Shown here: piece by piece, positions 39,812 to 51,643 of the stretch
Numbering within the stretch: the first letter of the stretch is position 1
How the letters are laid out: each line of letters opens with the position of its first letter
DNA from: Phoronis australis
Taxonomy: Eukaryota > Animalia > Phoronida
NCBI GenBank assembly: GCA_002633005.1
Contig: NMRA01000382.1
Location: 124,001 to 188,000, forward strand
DNA: 64,000 nt
Direction: 5' to 3'
The notes under the pieces: generated by a model
Told to the model about the DNA's origin: nothing
Database searches by the model: none
Seen by the model: only the letters and a program-made list of their open reading frames with translations
Made by a program: the position numbers and the translations under genes

Positions 39812-40777
39812 CATAGGCGGATTTAGGGGGGGGCAGGGGGCCCGCCCCCCCCCCCCCCCCTTGGCCGCCGCAAAAAAATAAAACAGTAAGAGCGTAGGGA
39901 AATGGTGAGTTTATTAATTCACTCTGGTAATTATACGGATGAAAAAAAAAATAAATGTTTGCCGTTTCAGTGTTGGGGGGTGGCTCAAATCCAATTTCAA
40001 GTGTCAAATTTGGAACACTGCGCGTTCGTAACGGAACTATGGTTAAGTATAGAATCTCCCGCGATATCCTAGGCGACCGACAGTGGCGCTGTGCACTACG
40101 ACTCCGTTTCCGTCGTCTGCTCCACAGTGCAATGAAGAAAATTTACTTCATTTTTTAAAGAAAATGGAACCTGAGTGACGATGAAAAAACAGAAGCTGCT
40201 GGTAAGATGTGAATTTTAATCGAAGCCTTTAAGTTAGTGAATCACTCAGAAACTCGCAATACTCTCTTTGTCAAAACTTATCTTAAGAGGGTTTCCAAAG
40301 CAATCCGTCATTACTGCCAACACGAAAAATGGATTTGGTCTTTTGGCCATTTGAAGACTATTTCAAATACGACAAATTTGTTAAGAATTGATGGCACAAA
40401 ATATAAAACGTGTAATAAGCATTACAAAAAGAAGTAGGTTTCGCGCGCAAACGTTGTGGCCCATAAACAAGTAAGTCTTTTAGTACGAGAATAGTAGTTA
40501 AATCGTTGTGGTGTAGTGGTAACGTACGCGCGGTCTATCCGCCAGGTCGTGAGTTCGAGTCTTGTACTTTTTGCTGTTTGACACGTTCTCCAGGAGTCAA
40601 GGAAAATGCTTGATTTTTAGAGGTAAAAACAGAAAAATTTCCTGGGCGGGCAAACCCCCCTCCCGACCTCCCGCCATTCGGTGCTATGCGCACTACAATG
40701 GTGGTTCAGTTTGCGCAAATGCTTCCAGCCGGACAAAATGTTGGGCCCCCCCTTGTAATATCCTAGATCCGCCACTG
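39812..40777 (+). mobile_element. hAT-like MITE with internal tRNA-like cassette and apparent 5-bp TSD
   Basis: CATAGGCGGATTTAGG ... CCTAGATCCGCCACTG. TGGAC at 39807-39811 and 40778-40782. TGGTGTAGTGG and AGTTCGAGTC boxes at ~40508-40561. Confidence 0.8.
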
Positions 40778-42015
40778 TGGACTCATCCTGTGTGTGAATT
40801 ATCTGAACTTCTAACGTGCAAGATACTTCTGGGGGTCCATCAGAGGAGGCCATAACGTTCACATAAGACTATTACTCTATTATATTTCTGTCTTCTGAGG
40901 TTGTGTCAGTGTGATCAATGCAAGGGGAGGGACTACCAAGACAAAGTGTAAGAGTTGGGTTTATTGGCATTGGTTGTGTTTGCTTATGTCTATTTTCGTA
41001 GAAATTCTTGGAAGCTCCTGATTTTGAAATCTCATATCACTACAGGTCAATAATTTGCAAGGTTCACTTGCCTCATCCACACACCCATCCTAAAATATGG
41101 GGGGTGCTCGAATTTTTGGGCATGTTGACCTTTTACTAAAAAAAAACGGGTATGTTCAGAGCAGTGCACAGTGCATTCCGGAATTACAGCTTTTTATTGG
41201 ACTCGTGTCTCGTTTTCTCAATATTTTTTGTTTCTATTAGGCCAACCTTTTTCATGCCCACTTCAGCAAGTGTGGGGTGCTCGTTCGAGCCTCCCCTGGG
41301 TGCGCGCATGTGCCTGGTTCTCAAAATTAAGAATCACCTATGTAACTATTGTTTTGCCTATTTTGACTGATTTGCTCAGGTTTGTCGGGAGGATCTACAG
41401 TGTAGGTTATTGAATGCGAAAGGACATTCCGATCCCACTACTAGTTGGCATAGGTCACAATGTACCCAAATGAACTCTCACCAGTCAACATGTTAACTAT
41501 TGTTACGCACAGTGAAACTTGCATAATTCCTATCTAATTGCACCAAATAATTCAATGCAAATATGGAAAATCTGTGTGATTTTGGGATTGAGTATGTGCT
41601 TTCGAATTTTTACCGGGTTGTGGAATACTAGAATGTAGCAAAGATTTGCATGTTCAGACTTAAAATTTTCACATTCAATGCGAGTTCGGCTGGTTTTATT
41701 GAAATTTAATATTTCAGTGTTATGGTGAAAGTGATAGTTAATCTGGGTACAACTCTACCTAGGAGTTGGGTTGAGTTGAATATGGACTGACTAGAATGAT
41801 TTCCCCATGTCTGTAGGGGCATGTTCTTTTCCGTCTTGAAATTTGCTTGGAACCTCATTTTAATATCTTTGCAAATGTCAGCCAGTAAAGTGATTCGTGG
41901 GAGTACAGGATATAGTATTTTTATGTTTACTGTAGTACATGAGATAATAATTCTATTTTTACTGTAAACTATAATGGTTACGTAAGATATCTCGTGAAGA
42001 CAATGCCAGTATCTT

Positions 42016-42181
42016 CAATGGTGGATTCAGAGGACAGCTAAGGGGCCATGGCCCCGGCCCCCTAAAACGCTACAAGATCAATTGGCAGTTGGGGTGGGCA
42101 GGGGGTGAATGTCTGATGGGCAAAACCCTACTCTGCCCTAACCCCCCAACTCAAAATCCTGGATCCGCCCGACCGCCCCTG
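42016..42181 (+). mobile_element. Short hAT-like MITE with apparent 5-bp TSD
   Basis: CAATGGTGGATTCAG ... CTGGATCCGCCC(GACCGCCC)CTG. ATCTT at 42011-42015 and 42182-42186. Confidence 0.7.
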
Positions 42182-43502
42182 ATCTTTACATGGATAACAT
42201 TCCCTGTAAATGGGTTATGTCTGGATTCTTAAGAAGCTATCACATACTGTTATGTTTGCTAGTACCTCATTGTTTCCAGGTCTCTATTAACTTGCCGAAG
42301 TACTTGGAAGAACTAGACATCCAAACATTTGCATCGAAACAATCACCCAGGGGTGGTATTGGGCTGTTTACATCCACATGGCAGGTAGAGCTTCATGTTT
42401 CATTGTTGAGTTAAAAATAGTGCTGTTTTCAGGGTTTGAATTTGAAACAATATGAAATATGCCCTTGGTTTAACCAATGGGCTTATAATCTTTAACAAGC
42501 TCACTGATTCTTGTAGCCATTTGGTCTAGTCAATATAAAGCTTCTTGGTTTTGCTATAAGTTTCAAAAAGTACACGCGGAAGTATACATGTGAGATTAAA
42601 CATCCAGTTCTAACCCTGGTTGTGCCGGCTAAATGTCCATGAAACATCAGTATGAAGTTCTATGCTGGCTGGAGACAGCTAGTTAGAATACAACTAGCTC
42701 AGCTCATTATGTAGAGTTGTGCATTTTCTTATCATATTACCGAATTAAACAATGAAAAGTTCATAAAAATAATGGGAATTGTAGTTTATTGCAGTTGCCA
42801 ACAGTTTCATCATTTGATAAAAATATTAATTAATGTATCATAGAACTTTAACTAAAAAGTTACAGAGCACGATACCTGGTTAGCCTGAAGTCCAACTTTT
42901 ATTAACGGATTAAGTTTTGTCATATGCATGGTTTGTTCTAGATTGTGATAGCATGATAGGTGGCCATGTGCATGTTTTGTATTCAAGTTGTATAGAATAA
43001 AATTGTTTTGAATGTCGCGAATCCAGGATTAAAACTTCATTCAAAACAGTATGCGGAAAACTGACCCACTGCAGTGCATGCTTGAAGTAAACTTGCAGAC
43101 TAGTCTTGCACTTGAATTCTGAAGAGTGATTGGTTAAATTTTGAGTTTGAAGACTATTTTCTAGGCTCTGAATATAAGTCAGGAAGTTTTACAAATCAGT
43201 GTTGATTAAACAGCACGATAAATATCCAGTAAGTTAAGTTGTCTTATACTGATAGCTTTTACCCGCCTGTTATTAAAATTTGTTGTCTTTATTGCAGAGT
43301 GCGCCTTCAACAATCGTTGGATAAGGAAGGCTACCCAGACAACGCAACGTACGCCCGTACGAACTGCAGCTCATGAACCTATGAATTCAGTTATCTATGC
43401 TCAGAAACGCGCGTTTGTAGTCACAAAACATGGATTATTTGCCTGTGAAGCTAAGTGAGCAGATCCAGCTAAAGAAGATTAAGTGGCTTGTGGTCTACCA
43501 TA

Positions 43503-44000
43503 GGGCCCTTTCACATTGACTTAACCCTTGTCTGAGCGGAACATCAACGTATACTGCGAAGTTAACTGGACCGTTAATTCTGGCTTCGGTAGTTAACGAA
43601 CTTCGAAGTGAACAGTAGGTGACGCTGTCGTGATCGAAGGTATCGCGAGGTAGCACTGCACGCTAGGATGTGACAACTTGGGAACATTTACACATGTTAA
43701 TTGACATAAAACGTATGTTTAAATTGATTGGTGATCATTAGAGCAAGGAATAAGCAACTATTAGCCATCTCTCTACTATGCAATTGTTAATGATAACAGT
43801 GGCCCCTGGCAATAACTTCGATAGGACCGAAGTTGGTCGTTTATACTGCGTGGCAGCGTTGACGCTAAGCAATTAAATCCACCTGTTTAGTGCGAAGTTA
43901 ACTGGCGCTGTTAACTTCCTTCTAGGACCAAAGTTTAAGCATTCATTACTGATATTAACTCCCAAAAACTTTGACGCGTCGATGTTAGTATGAAAGGCCC
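43503..44000 (+). mobile_element. MITE with Harbinger-like termini, TA-flanked
   Basis: TA|GGGCCCTTTCACATTGAC ... GTTAGTATGAAAGGCCC|TA. Internal repeated GCGAAGTTAACTGG. Confidence 0.65.
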
Positions 44001-47000
44001 TATAGATATGTGTACGAATGTCAGTAGCTTTAAATTACATGAAAAAGAATATATTTGTGGTCAAAGGTCTAAGTTTTCTAATTTCCATCTCGTATAACCA
44101 GGTTGTACTTAGGGTTACCTTTAGTGAAACTTGTTCCCACCACGGAGTGTATTGGGTTTACTGTTATCATAATTGTCAACAAAACGAAACAACATTTTTA
44201 AGGTTGAAAACAATTATAGGTGATTCTAAGCACTATTTCTAGCATAAGGATTGTACTTCCCAAAATCAGACCTGTGGCCATTGTCGATAAACTTTTAGTT
44301 ACATGTTACGTTTCATGTTATGCTTTTGTCTCTGCGGATATTCTTGGATTTCGCATATCAAGTGATTTGTTATTCTAGGTGTCATTGCTATAATTTTAGT
44401 TAAAAACGTCTGCTGTTGAAACGTAGAATTTTGTTGTAGTCCTTCCTGGCTATGCAATCACATTTTCTTTAGAAGTGTTTCATGATTTGGTAGTGATTTC
44501 TCTGTTTGTACATTCCATTTTGCTCCCTCAGTTATCGCATAATTGTCAGAGACTGAGAACGATGCAAATATGAATTTATTATTAGCCTCATTCAGTTTTC
44601 AGTGCATTGTATACATGACATTTGAAGAACTGATTTTTGAAATGTTTCTTGTTTTTAAGATTTTGATATTTCACTGATGTTCACTTATTTTAAGGAATTA
44701 GTGTATTTTAGGAAGTGTATTTTATTTTCTGCAATTAATCACTGTTAATGAAATGTTAATAGAACTCTAGTTTGTTAAATCTTTAAGAGAATCATTAAAT
44801 TTGTTACTGTACTCCACTCTTCTTTTAGTGAAAGTCGAAATTTTTGAATGCCTGTCCTATTGAAACTCATTGCTTTTAGAAAACTTCAGTTTTCAAAAGT
44901 TAGTTCCTTGAAAACTTATGTTCGGAAAACCTAAATTTCAAAACTTAAGTTTTGATGACTTATGTTTGTTACTAAAAACTTGTTCCAAAACTTAAGTTTT
45001 TCAAAAACTTAAGTTTCTGAAACTTAAGTTTTCAGAAAACTTAAGTATTTTGGAACAAATTTTTGGAACGAACTTAAGTTTTTAAAACCTAAGTTTTCAG
45101 AAAATTTAAGGTTTTGAAAAACTTAAGTTTTCTGAACTTAAGTTTTCGAAAACTTAAGTTTTCAGAACTTAAGTGTTTGAAATCTTAAGTTTTCAGAAAT
45201 TAAGTTTTTGAAAACTTAAGTTATGAACACTTAAGTTCGTTCCAAAAACCTTGTTCCAAAATACTTAAGTTTTCGCCAAAAACTTAAGTTTTCGTGAATG
45301 AAAACTTAAGTTTTTCAGACCAAAAACTGAAGCTTTTCGATGAAAACTTGAGTTCATTTTTGTAAGGGTACCTTCTTCCTGGTTGTGAACTGTTCCATAC
45401 CCAACCTTTACTAATAATCGACAGGTCTCCAACTTCAGCAGAAGCCACTTCTTCAACATAAGCCTTTCCTGATTCCTAAAATTGTATTAATGAATAAATT
45501 AAACAAATTAAATTTAATGTGGCCATTTCCGCTCAGAAAATATGAATCCCAAGCTAAAGTGAAGGCACCAATATGTTTGACGGCTTTTGCATGTTCAATT
45601 AACTTCAAAATCGCAGAAATTCATTGGCAGACATAACATACTCACTACTCTCTAAAAGCAGTTCATGGGCAGAAGGCATGTTACACATTTGCTGGTTGTT
45701 ATGAAAAGTTATGATGACAACCTTATTTTCTATGCCAATGTATACATGTAGTTGCATAAGCATCAACACATATGAATAAGACATGATTAAGCAATAAGGC
45801 CCAAGTTATAAGCAATCACGGTGTGTCAATAAAAGTATTTTTGCATGAATATTCCTCAGTGTCAGACCCTGGAATTTATTGATTCCTACCTGAGCTCACA
45901 CGAAGCAGGACGTTGAACCCTGACATAACGTCTTTGGTCATTTTTAAGACCTCTAATCCGATTTCTCCTCTAGTGTGCAGTGGATGTACTCAGTGTCTTT
46001 GGCGACGCCAATATATCTCGAGTGTTGTAACGATGATTCGGGCTAGTGAATCTAATACGGTAGATTATGTAGCTCCTGCTGCACAGCTGCCTCCGAGGCA
46101 GCCACTGAGACAGACTACTTCTCAGGAGGACATGTTCTATCTCCACATCAGCTCCACTTACTTTTATAAGGTGCTCAAATGTCTAGCTCTTTTCCTTGTG
46201 CATTTCCCAAGAGTTTCCAAAGTTGTTTCTTTCCGCAATTTGTAGAAATATCACATTCGATGCGACTGGCAGTGCCAGATAAATAGATAAATTCGCAAAC
46301 CCGCACCTTAGGTCAGCCATCATTCAACTAACGCATTGTAAGCTTTAGTTTGGCATTCAGACCAGTTGGATGAACAAATTTAGTATAATTTCATATTTTA
46401 GTGGGAAATGCTAGTGTCCTTAAAATTAATTAAAAACAGTTAAGCAAACCAATTCTTTTAATTGTTGTATTATATCACGGCATATTAATGCGTAGAAACG
46501 GCGCACAACTAGTGACTGGTTTAACATGACAAATACACATACCCGGTCTGAAAATAGTGAAATTCAGACACCTATTGCCAAGGCTGCCTGAAGGGCTGAC
46601 AAAGTTTTTATTGTATTAATTTCAAGGGCATGGAGTCTTCTATCTGTCCATGTTATTATTTTTTTAATTTTGTCGCGGGGGCAGCTTCGCTATAACGGTA
46701 CAACTTACTGCTAGTTTTTCACAAGAAGGAAATGTACCTCCACGGAAACAGTTCCAGTGTTACCATGGTAACCGATATTTCAGTGTCGATGCCGTTTTTA
46801 CTGAGATTGGTCATGAACCTATCATGTGATATCAAAATTGTTCAGAAACAATTCTGTTTGAAGCAGAAACTGGGGTAGAAAATTTGGTCAAAAATGACTC
46901 ATTCCACATCAAGAAATTGGCTCATTTTGCCCCCCAGGACACTTCCCTGTATCTCCTAAACCACCAAACTTTGTGGTGTCATACTTCACCCAATTTCTCT

Positions 47001-47444
47001 AATCCCTAATGTGATTTATCAGACTAAACATGAATCTGAATGGCTGACCCCACCCCACATTGCCGTTTGTTGGATGTACAGTGGTCGGTGGATCCGTGGA
47101 CTGATACTTAACGTCTTTCATCAACTCAATTAGAGAACTACTGCCAAATACCAGTACCAGAAAATCCTCGATGTTTAAAGGTGAAGGGAACCTTTTTTTC
47201 ATGTCATTTTTAGCTAAAATAAGGTTGGTTGGTTAACCTAGACATATTTTCCACTTCATTACAGCTTTTCGTAATTTTGTTAATTACTCGTCCGCTACTC
47301 CGGAAGTGACGTTTTAGGAGGCAAGCATTTCGCGTCAATTTCTTTTCATATAGTCTGACTGTGAGAGCTGCCGAGTCAGTCATTGTTCTACCTCGGTTGT
47401 GTTAAGTTCCGTCGTCGTTTGCTTTCATTTACTAGTCAGTCAAC

Positions 47445-48235
47445 ATGCCACACTGTTGCTGCGTACCGGGATGTACTAATTGTCGTCTCGTGCGCTTTGG
47501 GAGTACCTTTGCATCGCTTTCCGATGGATGACACACTTCGCCGTACTTGGCTCGTTCGTGTGAAGAACGCAGCGTTACCCGTCCACGCAACGTACAAAGC
47601 AGTCGAGAATTACCGTGTGTGTGGCAAGCACTTTCTGCCGTCCGATTACGAAAGGGATTTGTACGCTGAACTGATGAAGGTCCCTGCGAAACAACGCCTG
47701 AAGAAGGATGCCATTCCGTCTGTGTTGATTCCCGGCAGTGCCCCGTCGCCATCCCGAGAAGTGCTTTTTTGAAGTGAGGAGCCTCGCGAGCCGTGGCCAA
47801 TACAGTGACTGGAGCCAGTGGAGGCACTTCATCGACTCTAACCCGTGCCTCCGAACGTACCCCAGAGCGTGCCATTGCTGGAACCAGTAGTGATTCGCCC
47901 TGTGCTGTTTTCTCCAGCCCAGAGACTCTAAGCAGTACTGCAGCGATATTGAGTAGTGGGAGTGATTACAGGCCCAGTTCGACACCCAGTGAAGAGGACA
48001 GTTCGTCGCCCAGTGAACAGATCGGTGAACCAAACTTCGATAAGTTTATTGTGGACTTTTCTAAAGTGTTGGAGTTATTTAGAAGGTGCCAGGTGAGTGG
48101 CGAGGGAGTCACACGACACGATGTAAGCAGTTTGGATGCCCAGGTCACCATCCAGTGGGAGTGTGTCGCAGGACACTCTGGCAAGTGGGACAGTTGTTCC
48201 TCTGTCCGTGGTATGCCGGAGGTCCACTTAACCGT
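47445..48235 (+). pseudogene. 5' part of Kolobok transposase: THAP zinc finger plus Cys/His region (frameshifted, truncated before the DDE core)
   Basis: MPHCCCVPGCTN / SCALGVPLHRFPMDDTLRRTW...RVCGKHF...RLKKDAIPSV is a C2CH THAP with an AVPTIF-like box. Downstream KFIVDFSKVLELFRRC...WECVAGHSGKWDS..VRGMPE. Confidence 0.88.
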
Positions 48236-48535
48236 GTCCAGTAGTGGCTTGGCCTCGTCGAACTCTGAACAGCACAAGCATTCCATTGAGGTAGGCATAA
48301 CAACGCACACAGTGCATTTGCACCAAGATGTGTCACCACGTCTGTCCTCAGTAGCCGATTCGTTTCTCTCAACAGCTGCCTTTGCCTGTGCGTACTCTGC
48401 CTCGTTATACTCGGGCTCAAACATGTACCCACCCACTGAATGTCCGTGAAAAAATTCCTCGTCACCACTGCTGTGAACAAGGTCTCCGTCACTCACACTA
48501 ATGTCACTGTGATGCGGGTCACCGACTCCAGCCAT
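48228..48535 (-). pseudogene. 5' part of Kolobok accessory protein (KolX-like; Cys cluster similar to the P2X7 cytoplasmic ballast domain)
   Basis: MAGVGD...GYMFEPEYNEAEY...RRGDTSWCKCTVCVVMPTSMECLCCSEF shows the YxFEP and WCxCxxC...ECxCCxE motifs. Confidence 0.82.
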
Positions 48536-50323
48536 TTTCAGCTTAGAGCACACTAAACAATCCCTAAATCCAACGTAGTTCACTTCTCTACTAACCTATC
48601 TTGCCGCAGAATACTCGCCGATGGACAGCACAAAACAAAAGTAGAATAGAACAGATTCGCACAGTAAACTCAACGCAAAACCAAGTGGCGGGAAACGCTT
48701 GCCTCCTAAAACGTCACTTCCGGAGTAGCGGACGAGTATTTAATAAAATTACGAAAAGATGTAATTAAGTGGAAAATATGTCTAGGATAACCAACCAACC
48801 TTATTTTAGCTCAAAATGACATAAAAAAGGTTGCCTTCGCCGTCAAGCATGAGGGTTTGTATCCATAAAGTGAGGTTTCCTTGCACATGTCAGATTTCAG
48901 ACCAAATAACTTCGGTATTTAAAAAGCTTTGTGACGCAGCTAATCCCGTTCTTTTGTAGTGACTTGGTAAACATTTGAGAATATTATACATCACTCAATT
49001 TGTGAGTTTCTTAGACGTACTATTTTGCAACAGCCGTGACATAGTGAAGAACGTTATGCGGTGCCGTTAACTTATACAGTGTAGTTCCCTTAATTTGTGA
49101 CGGCTTCGAAATAGTCTGCTCAGGTCTGCAATATCCAAAGCTGAATTCAATATTCTTTCAATAGCTTTAGATCAATAAAGGAGTCGCACTAAAGATATTT
49201 AAAAGGGAACAGAACAGGCAAACTATAGTGGAAAAATGAACCATCAGATCAGGCGTGTGGTACCAGAGGTGGTTGTGCACACGCGTACTATTTACCTACA
49301 GCTGACAGTGTTCTTTTTGATGAAGAACCGTGAGTATCCACTTGCGATGACCTAAAGTGTTTTAGAAGATTCCTTAACTGCACTTATTGACGAGCTTTTA
49401 TTTAGCTAACAATCCCCGGTCCACATTCTTTGGCTTCGTTTCGTGTTATCTCCCTCCCTCGTCACCCATTTCTATAGTACACTCTAACTCCTGCAACTCT
49501 CTCTGACATCACCGGTGTCTTCACATTACCCGCGGCCAACAGTCATTGTAGTGCATGATGGGAATTTAAAAACAAAATATGATTGATGCAAACAAGTAGA
49601 AAATTTGGAGACATCTCAACCATGTTTTACCATAAATTAATAAGGATGAGATGACAAACTTTGCTGTCGCGATGCTGAGGTTGCCATGCGCATGTGGGGA
49701 ACTTATTTCAAAGTGTTTGTTCTGGTGTTGGTTCTTATTATGGAATATAGGACTTATAGAGTGGGATATTTATATAGTAAAAAATAACGTGCGCGTAGAT
49801 TTGCTATGATCTGAAAGTTTATCTCAACCAACGCCACTGCAATGGTCGCGAAATCGTGTTCGTCGAATCGTACACTAAACACTTAAAACTATACGATGAT
49901 ACCGTCCACTTTTTAGTCGGATGGGAATTTGCAGTGCTGCAACCCCCTTGAAAATACCGGGTTTTTTTGTCGAAAGGGTAACTGGGCCTATTTCGCGTGG
50001 GAAATTACAATACCACACGTGACAACAATAATATTATTGAATTTCTCCAAAAGTCAAAGAGCAGGATGATGTTGCGATGGATTGTTCTGAATTTCTCTGG
50101 ACCTTCACGACCCAGGGCCCACGCTGTCGCCGATCAACGACACACATACAGTAAAAAAATGTAATCATTTATCAGTAACATTTAAGAATAAACACATGAC
50201 TATTGTCTAAGTGACACTGGCAAATAACGAGATATAGAACCAAGTTTCACATTCCAGCAAAATATGATGAAATCTTTAAACGGCTTTAAATAACGAGTTT
50301 TCACTAGTGAACTCGTCGCAATT

Positions 50324-50534
50324 GGGGCCGTTCCAAAAAAACTAACTTGACTGAGACAAATCTTAAAGTTTAGTCCATTTTAAGATAAAACTTAAATGTG
50401 TCTCGAAGTCCTTTTCAACGAAGAAATCTTAAATTTGACTTAATTGTTGACTTAAAAATTTGTCTTAACTTACCAGTTGTGGAAGTTTCAAAGATAGAAA
50501 GTTGAGACAAAATGAGTTTCTTGGAACGGGCCAC
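50324..50534 (+). mobile_element. Harbinger-like MITE
   Basis: GGGGCCGTTCCAAAAAAACT ... AGTTTCTTGGAACGGGCC inverted ends, CTTAA-rich interior. Confidence 0.65.
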
Positions 50535-51271
50535 ACAAGTTCAGTTTATATACACCATGAGGTCGTAATTGACAAAGCTTAAGCATGAACATACATAGCA
50601 AAACTTGCTTAAAGTTTGATGGACATCAGTCAGTGCTTGTTAGACTTGTGCAATGTCCCGCTGAATGTCTGCATTGATTCATAAAAAACGCCCCTCGGTT
50701 AAATGGAAATTTGTCCATCTTGCACCATATTTCTAGGTCCCCTTGTACATGTATTACCCACCCTCTATAATTTTAGGAAGTCGGAAGTGGAGGGATGTGC
50801 CTGATGTCGCTAACGTCCATACCCATGCTGTAAGCTCAGGTGGAAAACAGCAGCATGATAGTCCTAAAATCTGGACATCTTCTACAATTTCTTCTTTCCT
50901 CTGAAACGAAATGATTGGGGGATTGTTATTCCTCTGAATCACTGACTTGTAACTTAAATTCAATTTCATAACTGTAAAGTCAAATCTCATCAATGATCCT
51001 CTGGACATTTGCAGAGGGTTGTCTTAACTACAAGAGCAGTAATTAGTATACAGTTCAGCCTTATTTATTAACCAGGGCTGAGATGCAAAAAATTCAAGTT
51101 AACCTCTGGATAGTGCCACTCGATTTAATTATTCTTTTATTCCGTCTTAATCGGTCTATATCCACGTCGCCTCGCATACGGCCGACCTTACCTTGCCAAG
51201 AGGTGTCGCGTTAACCTGTGAGTAAGGTGAGAAGCGAAGCTAGCGACGTCAGTGGTTCATATGCAGAGTGA

Positions 51272-51447
51272 ATGCCGCTATATTGCGGTGCATTGTTCCC
51301 GCTTGTCCGAACTAAGCAGCTGCCAGGAAAGAGGGTATATCGTTTTTTATGTCCTCGAGAGTCCGAAATGCTTAGGAAGTGGCTCATGGTAGTGAAGAAT
51401 GAAATGTACAAGAGGCCGTGAAACATTTCCGTGTCTGTGGCCTGCAT
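51272..51447 (+). pseudogene. Second, more decayed THAP domain (Kolobok derivative)
   Basis: Across frameshifts: RCIVPACPN*AAARKEGISFFM/PRESEMLRKWLMVVKNEMYK/EAVKHFRVCGLH. Not present in the ORF track. Confidence 0.75.
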
Positions 51448-51643
51448 ACATCGACAGTGCCTCACGAATGCCGGCTTACCATATAACTCCATACGTTCCG
51501 TTGTCTGAGCTTGTTCGCGGCGCCTCTCTAGTATTTCTTCATCACTGTATTCCTGTTCGAATTGATAGCCTGTGAAACTTAACGATCCACCTGCGGAGCT
51601 GATGAGCTCTAGCTCGTCCTAAGTCGGGATTGCGAGTTGCCAT
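51440..51643 (-). pseudogene. Second KolX-like N-terminal relic, convergent with the THAP relic
   Basis: ATG at 51643, then GSLSFTGYQFEQEYSDEEILERRREQ...RHCRCM, paralleling GYMFEPEYNEAEY of the 48535 ORF. Confidence 0.65.

Larger units (their letters stand above)
38900..45368 (+). mobile_element. 6.5 kb non-autonomous EnSpm/CACTA-like element (family B) with AAAACTTAAGTTTT subterminal arrays
   Basis: TA|CCCTTACAAGAATGAACTTAAG ... CTTGAGTTCATTTTTGTAAGGG|TA. Palindrome arrays at ~38910-39120 and ~44880-45355. Second copy starts at 63169. Confidence 0.85.
47179..48842 (+). mobile_element. Internally deleted Kolobok transposon with ~155-bp TIRs
   Basis: TTAA|AGGTGAAGGGAACC... and ...GGTTGCCTTCGCCG|TCAA. 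Long TIRs 47179-~47336 and ~48687-48842. Two convergent ORFs. Confidence 0.9.

Noticed and set aside
47432-48033. Extra overlapping minus-strand ORFs in the Kolobok element
   Set aside because: Shadow frames of GC-richer coding sequence.
50777-50829. Phase 1-to-0 mini-exon that would bridge the gene model
   Set aside because: Splice sites are plausible but the peptide SRKWRDVPDVANVHTHA has no domain support. Such sites are common by chance.
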